Source: a virus
Virus record (IMG/VR): IMGVR_UViG_3300035180_002574
Coordinates: 64,001 to 128,000 of that record
DNA length: 64,000 bases
Direction: 5' to 3' (one strand)
Part shown: piece by piece, positions 16,511-27,000 of the stretch
How positions within the stretch are numbered: position 1 is the first letter of the stretch
Layout: each line of letters starts with the position of its first letter
Made by a program: the position numbers and the translations under genes
The notes under the pieces: generated by a model
Told to the model about the DNA's origin: nothing
Databases searched by the model: none
The model's input: the letters and a program-made list of their open reading frames with translations, nothing else

Positions 16511-19500
16511 TTAATTTGCGTAATGAACGGTTAGTCTTGCCATCTTACATACGGCGGTACTTGCCACATTTGCCGTGCTTAATATAACTTCATAAATATG
16601 ACCAGAAGTTAATTGTGAGTATAAATTAAGAGACTGAACAAATGTTGGGGAAGTATTTGTTGTGCTTAATATGGTGCTTGGACCGGCACTTAAATTCAAA
16701 TATGAGGCAGATGTAATATCATATAATTGTATTTGCGCCGCGTTAGCTCCCGTAGTCTCTAGGATAACTTCGAGAACAATAGAAGAAACTTGAGTATTAA
16801 TTATGTTGGATGTATCATAAATTAAAGCTCCAATTGTTGTTGGAACGGCAAATGATTCATTAAATACACCGGCAGCCCCGTAAATATATAATGGATTCTT
16901 ATATGTAAACGAAGAGTCTAACTTGCCAGAAGCATTCGTTTTAATAACTTTATCAGCGTCTGCAGCTCCAGTTGTATGATTTATTGCAAAGAAAATATCC
17001 GCAGCAAATTGATAACTTAAACTACTTCCATTGCTTGTTAATACAGTCCCAGTTGGTCCGACTTTATTTAATCCAGTTCCGCCATGAACAATAGGTAATA
17101 CCCCAGTAATATCTCCGCCCAAATCGACTAATGCGGATGGTCCGCCTACAGCCGCCCCACTAAATACGCTGATTAACTCTAGCATATTCTGTACTTTTGT
17201 AGAATCAACAAACAATGGTTGGTTGTTAAATCCGCCTTTTTTCAAGAAAATATTGATTTGTAATTTAGTACTTAATGTTGGGTGAACTGCGTCTTGGAAT
17301 AAATTAGTAAAATTAAGTGTTAGCAATCCGGTTGCATAATCAACGGATACTCCCATTTTCCCATCAACAATGGCGCCGTAATAACCATCAGGACTTAACC
17401 CATTTGTGTTTGGAGAAAATGACTGTACAGAAACTGAGAACCTGACCTGATCTTTTGCTAAAGCATCTGTTGTTACTAGTGAACAATCAGCAAATTTCAT
17501 TGCTGGGAAGCCAAGTTTAGTTAATCCGGTAAGTAAACCACTTCCATCTAATGTTGAAGCAATGAAATCTTCGACAACATTAAGTGTCTTTTCAGTTCCA
17601 TAAAAACCATCCGGGATTTCTAAGACTATTGTTCCAACCTCAAAGTCTACCTTGTAAAAAGATCCATCTTGTCTTTGAAGTTCGCCACCATCTCCTATTA
17701 TTAGATTATCTGGGATGTAATAATTTGTACGCCCCTTATCAAAAGCTGGCTTGGTGGGGTAAAAATTACATATAATACCATCTAAACTGCAAGAATTTTT
17801 TACAAATCCAGATGGAGAACTAAAAATGGATGGGACTAATTTTGGATTAGAGTTACTTACAACCAAATAATCATTCCATGATAATTGTTTTTCAATTAAA
17901 ATAGGAACAGGAGACGTATAAAAATCATGGCTTACAAAATATCCATCTGCCAAGAAGATGTCTGGACTGGTATGTAATCCAGCAGATCTGCCCGTACCAA
18001 GAGAAGTATAATCATCTACTCTGTCTATGAACTTCTCTAATGTAAATCTAACTACTTGAAACTTCGTGCCTATCTTAGTATATGGGTTCGTAGAAGGGGC
18101 GGGATATGTTGTGCCTGGTGAGCTAGAGAATGGAACTCTTTTTATGTACTCGTTTAATAAATAACCATCATTATACGTAATATGGAAATCGCCATCAATA
18201 TCGGCTCTCAACATTTGATTGAATGTCTCGCCATTTAGATAAACTTTTCTAAGAGTGATGACGCCAGAAAGCAGATCGCTAGAAATGATATCAAATCCAC
18301 CAAAATTTTCTACTGGAAGTGGAGTTAAGATAACTAACTTCAATGTACCAAGACCAATAATAGTGCTAAAATCTACTGAAGCACTGGTGAACTGACCTAA
18401 TCTTGGATTGTTTGGATTAGCAATTAAAATACCATCTGTGCCTTGAGCCCAAATAAGATTAGTAGCAGGATCTACGACCTGAAATCTGACAGAATAACTA
18501 TTAACAAATGGTTTTGTATAGGTAGAATATCCGTTAATAAAAGTAGTGGTACTATAACCGTCCGTAGTTACCGAACTATCAAGAGGCAGACCTTTATTTA
18601 AGTCATATCCAATATAAGTATTTAATAGATCAAGATCGGTCGTATCAATGATGCCGTCGCCATTAACATCACCAACAATCATAGAGCAAAGTCTAGCGTC
18701 CGCTATTCTATAAAAAACAGATATATTATTTGCATCTGGATAAATCTTAGCACCTACAAACTCGCCATTCAACAAATGAGAGGCAAGACTATTAACTGAT
18801 GTATCAAATCTTCCGACGTCTGTTGGGTCATCCACTAATCTAATGACCATTTCATTATCAACAATGGTGGCACTATATAATTTCGCCGTTATTTGAGCCG
18901 AAATTGAATCAAAAAACTTAATATTCTGATCTGAAATAGCCCCAATTAATAGTGGGTCTGAGGCTTTTTGAAGATTTGTAATATCAAGGGCGTTTAATAA
19001 AGATATCTGTGGCTCGGATTGTTTTATGGAATAAACATTTTCACCAGTGCGCTGATCTGGTATTAATCCGCTTTCTTGAGTAATTGCTGCAACTACGCCT
19101 CTAAAAACGTCGTTTCCATAGAATGATATGTTTCGAACACAATTGTCAATGTTGCTTTGAGTTGAAGTATCTTCAACTATCTTTGGAATAGTAACACCAA
19201 CTCCTGCGTCATAGGCTTGCCCGTCAGTTACCTTGGCGGCGTCTGTATAAATTCTAAACCATAAATCTTCATCTGGTAAATCTACCCACAGAGATCCTGT
19301 GAAAGTAGTTATTCTGGAATTAGATACTCTATCATTTCCAACCGCCAATAAGATATCACTTTTGTTAGCTGAACCAGAACGCTTAACACAAATAGCATAA
19401 TAATTACCAACTGTGAGACCACTCTTGCCAGCTATTGGACTATTACTAAATACAAAATCAATTGGCTGAGGAACAGAATCTAAAACTAATCCAGAAGATA

Positions 19501-20437
19501 GTAACGAGCTGTAATTTATGCTGGTTTGAGCGACTGGGACATTATTGGGCGCGAAATCTATTGGTAAGTTAGGTACTATATCGGTTGGACATTCAATATT
19601 CGATTGAAGAGGATATACGCTAACAATCAAATCACCATTCCAAACTAAATCAGAAGGATTATCCAGATTTCTAACTGAAAGAAGTAATGTTATTTTTTGT
19701 ATGTTATCAGTTGATGCTTGAAATTTTTGACCTATTTGAGTGGTGACATCTCCATTTAAAAGAACTTTATTATCTTTCTCCGCAGTAAAGATACTTAAAT
19801 TATCGATGTTGTAATATGGTAGGGCAGTTTTTAATAACGTTTGTAACGATGCGGTTCCACTAACAAAGAAGTCTCTAAAAAATAAATTTGGTTCAATATC
19901 TTGAGCCAACATCAAGGCGCTTCTGGACAATGTTATTGGCTTGGCTTCTTTGATAGTTATTTTTCCGCCAAGATTAAATGAAAGATCAGGATCGCCCAAC
20001 AAATCGTTAAATAACAAAACTAATATTTTGGTAAAATGTCTTGTACTTACCTGAATTTCATTTGTATGAAATACGAATGTTTCATATTGAAGATTAGATT
20101 GGAAATCAAGACCAATGATAGCTACCTTAATAGTCTTATTACCGGCAACATTAGATCCCGATAATTCAATTTCCAATTGATTTCCCAAATCATTATCGGC
20201 TGGCTGATTTTGCGCACTAATTGCAAGACCATCTAAAAATCCAGATACTAAAGTTGAATCAAATAAGACCGCTTGCTCTAAAACCTCTGGTAAAACACCA
20301 TTTCCTATATGATTATTAATGATGCCAGCCTGTATTGTATCATTATGTTGTTGCTCGACTGTAAGGTCAGTATCACTAACCTGTCTTCCATCAAACCAAA
20401 TGTTAGAGGGAGCGCTAACTGGGATGCGTTTAGTCAT
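16511..20437 (-). CDS. Tail fibre / receptor-binding protein with split dockerin-like motifs
   Basis: N-terminal WFDGRQVSDTDLTVEQ baseplate-attachment-like motif; GDVNGDG and ADIDGD loops; fibre motif GVLPIVHGGTG; follows the baseplate genes. Confidence 0.7.
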   Translation of the reverse strand: MTKRIPVSAPSNIWFDGRQVSDTDLTVEQQHNDTIQAGIINNHIGNGVLPEVLEQAVLFDSTLVSGFLDGLAISAQNQPADNDLGNQLEIELSGSNVAGNKTIKVAIIGLDFQSNLQYETFVFHTNEIQVSTRHFTKILVLLFNDLLGDPDLSFNLGGKITIKEAKPITLSRSALMLAQDIEPNLFFRDFFVSGTASLQTLLKTALPYYNIDNLSIFTAEKDNKVLLNGDVTTQIGQKFQASTDNIQKITLLLSVRNLDNPSDLVWNGDLIVSVYPLQSNIECPTDIVPNLPIDFAPNNVPVAQTSINYSSLLSSGLVLDSVPQPIDFVFSNSPIAGKSGLTVGNYYAICVKRSGSANKSDILLAVGNDRVSNSRITTFTGSLWVDLPDEDLWFRIYTDAAKVTDGQAYDAGVGVTIPKIVEDTSTQSNIDNCVRNISFYGNDVFRGVVAAITQESGLIPDQRTGENVYSIKQSEPQISLLNALDITNLQKASDPLLIGAISDQNIKFFDSISAQITAKLYSATIVDNEMVIRLVDDPTDVGRFDTSVNSLASHLLNGEFVGAKIYPDANNISVFYRIADARLCSMIVGDVNGDGIIDTTDLDLLNTYIGYDLNKGLPLDSSVTTDGYSTTTFINGYSTYTKPFVNSYSVRFQVVDPATNLIWAQGTDGILIANPNNPRLGQFTSASVDFSTIIGLGTLKLVILTPLPVENFGGFDIISSDLLSGVITLRKVYLNGETFNQMLRADIDGDFHITYNDGYLLNEYIKRVPFSSSPGTTYPAPSTNPYTKIGTKFQVVRFTLEKFIDRVDDYTSLGTGRSAGLHTSPDIFLADGYFVSHDFYTSPVPILIEKQLSWNDYLVVSNSNPKLVPSIFSSPSGFVKNSCSLDGIICNFYPTKPAFDKGRTNYYIPDNLIIGDGGELQRQDGSFYKVDFEVGTIVLEIPDGFYGTEKTLNVVEDFIASTLDGSGLLTGLTKLGFPAMKFADCSLVTTDALAKDQVRFSVSVQSFSPNTNGLSPDGYYGAIVDGKMGVSVDYATGLLTLNFTNLFQDAVHPTLSTKLQINIFLKKGGFNNQPLFVDSTKVQNMLELISVFSGAAVGGPSALVDLGGDITGVLPIVHGGTGLNKVGPTGTVLTSNGSSLSYQFAADIFFAINHTTGAADADKVIKTNASGKLDSSFTYKNPLYIYGAAGVFNESFAVPTTIGALIYDTSNIINTQVSSIVLEVILETTGANAAQIQLYDITSASYLNLSAGPSTILSTTNTSPTFVQSLNLYSQLTSGHIYEVILSTANVASTAVCKMARLTVHYAN

Positions 20438-21071
20438 ATTTATTGCCTTTTAAATTGTTTTGCTTAGAAGATAATGGTCTTAGATTCTCTAATGCCCAAC
20501 ACCTCGTAAAACTATCATCGTCCATAGAAATATACTTAAAAGTAGAGTGCGGAATAATATGATCTATCTGCAATGTCCATGTTGACTGATCATCATCATT
20601 CCATGTTTTATAGTTATATCTACCCCAATTCGACCAATTCATCCATGGCTCGAATTTATTTTCTAAATAATCTTTTAACTCATGAATTGTATATGGCAAT
20701 TTGGATATTGAGTTTCCGTTCTTAGAAGAATTATTTCTTTTTAGTCTGCACCAAATAGAGTTCGATACAATGGCTCTTAAATTAAATTGCCTATCTATTT
20801 TTTTTCTATTTTTTTGATAAGCAAGATTTTTGCTATTTATTTTAATCTTATTATTTTGATAGTAAACTATAGATGATGCTTGTATCTTTTCTTTATTGTT
20901 TGTTTTGTAATTGAGCACTTTTTGTGCTATATACTTTTTATTTTCTAAATAATATGTTCTCTTATAATTCTTAATACACGTTTTGCAAACGCCAGATTTC
21001 CTATCTAATTGAGATTTAGAAAAATCTGAATCATTTTTAATAGTAAAGCATTTGGCGCACTGTTTTGTCAT
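20430..21071 (-). mobile_element. Free-standing HNH homing-endonuclease-like gene, copy 2
   Basis: CAKC..CKTC; LENKFEPWMNW...TLQIDHIIPHSTF...CWALENLRPLSSKQNNLKG. Confidence 0.87.
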
Positions 21072-21078
21072 AGTGTTC

Positions 21079-24000
21079 TCATCTAGTATATTGTATAAAT
21101 ACCCTACTATTGGCTGGCTTTAGAGTTTTTATCAACTTTTCCAGCACCTCTTGTACTTTCGTACTGCTATTAACTATACCGAAAGAATCTAAAATATTAA
21201 TTGAAAAATCGAAATTACCATTTGCGCTATTCTTAAGTGTTGTAAAGTCATTTACTTTTACAACTGACTCAGAAAAATCAAGCAAATATGTGGTATAAAG
21301 ATCTGGCGTAACTGGGAAATTCATATCAATATTACTACTATAATTGACATCGATAGACTCTCCATAAGGAGCATATAGGGGTCTGGAAATATTGCTTATT
21401 CTAAAGTTATCCAATAAGCTAAAAACCGGATAACTTTGATTATATTGAGCGCCAATAACTAATTGATTTATTGGGTCTTTAAATCTAATGTTATCAGTAA
21501 TAACATACCCGTCTCCAGTTGTTGACGATCCAAATAATATTGGGAAGTCACCAAATAACAAGCTGCTACCAAAAACAGAGGCAGTATATTCGTACCCATC
21601 TACAAACAGTCGCATTTCATCCTGTCCAAGCCCGCCATTGAATTTATAAGAAGCTTTTACTCGGTGCCATGTACCCTTGACCCATCTCGTAGGAGCACGT
21701 ACTACAAAGTCCTTGCCAGAGGCTGAAACGCCAAAATTGATATATCCAAATTCATCTTTATAAATAGAAATCCTGTCTCCCTGAATTCCTTTTGGAAGAT
21801 AGGTGACTTTAACCACCGAATTTTGCGATGGAAGCTTTCTGCCTAATCTAATTATCTGGGAATTTAATTTATTTTTATTTTCGATTGGTTGATAGGTAAC
21901 TTCTAACAATAGTGTGTTTTGAGGGAGGGTGTTTCCTAAATAAATTGTTTTACGATCATCTCCAATAGAGCCGCTACCGAAATAATCCTTCTCTGAAAAA
22001 TCCCCAACTATTTTTACCGATATTATTTGTAAAGCGGGTTTTGAGACAACAACCATACTATTTGTAATGCTTGTACCTTCTTCCTGTATAGCATTCTGCG
22101 TATCAATTTCTAAATTACCACCAGCAAAATAATCAAGGGTAGGATCTCCGGCAGCCAAAACAACTTTTAGTATTTTGCCGGCAGGCGAGCTTATTTTAAC
22201 GGAAACATTATTAATACTCGTTACAGTTTCAGTGACAGCTCCGTATGCGTCAAAATAAAATCTATTATTTGGATCGTTGCCGGTATCAAATAATGGTGAG
22301 GTCCAGAACTCAATAGTTCCTTCTTTTCTAGTATCTAATATTCCATCATTAGATACTATTATTGGTTCATCAAGCAATACCAAACTGTTTCCAAAGTTAT
22401 CATTTACTGCTAATGAAGATTCAAATTGATTTTTGATTTCTCCTACCCTAACATAATGATCGGCTTGGTTAACGAAAGGAAAAGTTTCAAAATCAAGCAT
22501 CATCAATGTATTTGAGTCTTTTGCAACCGTTTTCAATGAGTTAAAATTTTTAGTAATTGATTTTTGATTTGCAGGTATTGTTTCACCAACCCTGGTATCT
22601 GTCAACATAGTTGAATACAAATAAGTTTCGTCAATTACGCAATTAGCATTGTTATTGCCGAACATATCATGACCCAAATGTGCCCTAGTATTATTTTGCG
22701 GGTTCATACGGATACTAGTGTAGGTGAAATATTCTATGTCATAGAATCCTGCTGACAAATAAAATGGCTTTCCTGGAGCATTTGCTTGTTCTAATGTGAA
22801 GAATCCATTTTGTAAACCACTTCTATAAGAAGATACATTTAATATTTGATATACTCCATTAATAAACACCGGCACGTTTCTATCAAGATATAAAGACTTA
22901 CGGTCCGCTGAAACTCCAGTTATTTTGTAATATCCGGCAGCCGCGCCTGGAGAAGTTATGAATAAATAATTGCCATTTACAAATTCGCTAAATAATTTAG
23001 AGTTATCACTTACCTGTGCAGAACCCGAGGAGTACAAATCATAGCCCGCATTGATCACATAACTATATTGTATCGTTGGGTAAATTAAACTTGACTCGTT
23101 ATGCGTAACCGGATATTTTTCTTTAATAGTAACAGATAATGCACCGCGTAAAACATTAATTGGTTTTGCAATCACGCTAATATAGTTCACGTAACTATAT
23201 GAATTTGCAAAATTTAATGTACCATAATTAGTAAATAAAATAGTTTCTGTGACGGTAGTGGCACCCACTATACCATGAATAGTGACGTGAACCGGTGTAG
23301 AAAAATCCGTATTACTACCATTGATAGTTGCTGATAATGTTCTTCCGGTGGTAGAAGAAATTGGTTGTGATGCTGGCAAATTATCTGAATAGAACACTCC
23401 CCCGGAATATGTTGAGTTAGATGAGCTAATCAATGTTGGAGGAAGTATTATTTTATTAATGTTCACTGCATCCAAGGATATTGGAGCAGGCATTCTTGTC
23501 ATTAAAACATTTTCATAGCCATCTGCCCAAACATAATATTGTCTCTTTATTTTTCTAAAATTAAGACCTAAAGTTCTCAAAATTACAAGATCATTAGCAT
23601 ATATGTTATTTGATAACACCAATAGATTATTGTTATTTACATCTTTAGAAACGCTGTATGATGGTCTAACAGCGCGCATACCTGGAATTTCCTTTTCCGT
23701 ATTAGGATAAATATGATAGGTAGCATTTGATAAAGATAGCGTTACATTATCTAATAATGTTAATGAGGTTCCAGAAACCTGAACTATTGTAAATATCTTT
23801 TGCAATCCAGGGGCATCTATTCTTAAAGAATATCCCGGCAATACATTATTAGTTGAAAAGTTTGTTCCAGATGATGTAACTACATTAGTTCCAGCAACAG
23901 TAAATAAATCATTGTTATTTAATGCCGAGCTAATTGTGCTAACAGTTATATTTGTCGCGATATCTATTTCAGAAGATACATTAATTGCCGTTCTATTTAC

Positions 24001-27000
24001 AGAAAATCTTCCATTAGTAATTGAAAGAGGCATCACAGAAGATAAAGTCAATGATTGTCCACTTATTGATGATATGGTATATCCTGACGGAGAGAATCCA
24101 GTCTCATCAATAAATATGGTATCGCCTGAAGAAATATTATATGCGCTAAAATTAATGGATGAAGTTACTACTGAGCTTCCAACAGAGGTTACTAAATCTA
24201 CAGAACCTACAATATCTGCCGTGATTAATCCAACTATTTCTTCTGGATCAACCGTTCTATATTTTTCATGAAGAAATGGCGATAAGTTTTGACCATATTT
24301 AATGATATTGGGGACTTCAAATCCATCGATAAATAAGTGCATTTCATCTTTATTATTTATAGTATTAAGCTTCCAAGAAGCTGCAACAAAGTGAGGATCA
24401 CCTATTTTCCAAGCAGAAACATCTGCACTTATATGATAAGATGATTGGTCTTTATCATATACTCTAAAGTTTAAATAACCACTAACATCTTTATAGATAG
24501 ACAATCTTGATTTTGATTTATCTTGACCAAAATCTAATAAATAATGTTCGACATCAGCAATGAAGGTTATTCCTTCATTTATCAATGGAATGCTATTTAT
24601 TGTAAGCGTCACTCCACTAGTTGTGGTTAATATGTGTACATTGGGAGGGGTTGGAAGATTAAAGCTTTTAGAGTCATAAATTTTGCCATCAGTATTTATT
24701 TTGATTTTATAATTTCCGGCAGTAGTAACATATCCGTCTAAAACTTCAATAAACCATCTATTAAATAACCCAGATGGATCTTTATCATAATAAATGAATA
24801 CTCCATCTTTATTTGTATTCGGTTTCCCGAAAGAAACAGATTCCTTACTAATAGAGAAAATATTTGAATTTGGATGAGCTTCTTCTGATCCAATAAAAAT
24901 TTGTAATGGATTTATTGGTAAATTGTTTCTAATGATATTGAAAGTTAGAGAGGCATCATTATCCAGTCCATTCCATTGTGGAATTATCCATTCTTCAAAA
25001 GTGCCCTCTTCTATCCTTATATTAGAATTAACTGGGAATTGTATGGACTGAGAATTGGAATTAACTAATACTCCGTTTCCAAATTTACCAGGCACCAACT
25101 CAAATGATCCGTTTGTAGTAATTTGCTCGGGAGTTAATAAACTTGTGCCCAATGTCCAACCTTGGAAGACAGATTCAGAAATAACTGGTTCTATGTGAGA
25201 TATGGTTTGCCCAATATTTTTCATAGCAGTTATGGTTGGACCTTTAATAAAGGAAGATAGTGCTGCATATAATGCATCACGATATCTCTCTCTATCAAAA
25301 TCAATATCAAAATTAGTTAGTTGTGGTATGTTTATTAGAGTCCCAAAGTTTTTTAATAAAGCATCTCTTAAGGCGCCAACCTTATATGATACATAATATG
25401 TTGTTCCAGCAGGAAGATTCTTGTTCTTTCTAAAATCTATTACGTTATCTCCGTATTCATAACTTACAATAATTTCATCCGCAACATATGTATAATCAAC
25501 AAACAAATCTCCTCGATTATAATCTACAATCACGCGAGATAGGTTATTGATTGTAAAACTGTAAACTACCGATACCAGGTCTCCAACATTTGGAGAGTTA
25601 ACGCCAGATAACACTAACTTAACTGATTCTCCGGGGACGATGACGCCAGAATTATCCCATAACTGAGCGGAATCTGAAGTTCTAACAACAGAAACTGAAT
25701 ATGTGATGTTTGGAGATAATGAAGTGAAATTTTCATTCAATACTATGAAATAATTTGTCCCGTCGTATGCTACTACATCAAATGATTGTTTTGTTATTGT
25801 GCCTACGGAGATATTAAATCCACTACTCGTGCTACTGACAGAAAAATTTATAGGATGAAGATTATTTAACAGATCCTGATATTCATATAATCCTCTTACA
25901 GATTTTATCTGGTTAGTAATCCCAGCTATAAATCCTGAATCTAAGAAAACTCCGACATTAGAATTATACAATTGATAATTTGTGGTGCTATTATTTAACG
26001 TCAATTCATCACTATATTCCAATACTTCTGGAATTATTTGACCTTCATCAAAAGAGGTATAAGAAAAAGACTTATTTTTATTTGACAGCGCATTAATGCG
26101 ATAGAAAATATCTTCTACGCTAATTATATGCGCAGATTTTGGAACAATAATATCATTTTTGTATGATATTGTTCCAATATCCGATCCCTGTGTACTAGAT
26201 ACTGCACAGTACACTATTCCATTAGAATAATCAATCATATAATCGCCAACATCGACTAATCTATTGATGTTGCTTGATTCGTTCTGATCTCTATCAAACC
26301 ATCTTTCAGACTTAAATACATTAGAGTAAGAGAAAAATACGCTTGTATTAAATGCAAATCCAATTGTATCTTCAGAGGCTGATACTATTGTGTTATTCTT
26401 CAATAATATTTTAAATATCTTTGTAGAGGATAGGTTTACTAGTGTAGAATTAACAAATAATACTTCATTGACCACATCATTAAATGAAGCTCTTTCTCCT
26501 GTTGTAGATTTTATATTTGGAGGATTGTGATAAGAGTAATAAATTTTATTATCATTCCATCTTGTTAGCGAATATATTTCTCCAGTTGTTTCATTATATA
26601 TTCTGAAAACGTTAGTGATCGGTGATTTAGCGGTTTTGAAAGCATTAAGAGCAACTTGATTGTTACCAACTCTTTCGGTTAAAATTTCCGTATGTAATGC
26701 GGCACTATAATCCGTGTCAGGAACAAGCACTCGTTCATAATTAAATTCAATAGTGCCCGGGAAATCTAATAAACTTCCTAAAGGAAGCGCAACTATTTCT
26801 TTTAAATCAGAGTCATAGACAAAATCTATTTCGGACTTATAATTAAACTTATAATTATAAGTAGCAACCGGAGGGAAAGGTCCAGTTCCATCTCTAGAGA
26901 TATCTGAGCCATATACGTACACAGTGCCAGTGGCATAATCAATAGAATATTGCCCAGGCATTGCTGGTAAAGAATTAATTCTAAACGGTATTTCTGTTGC

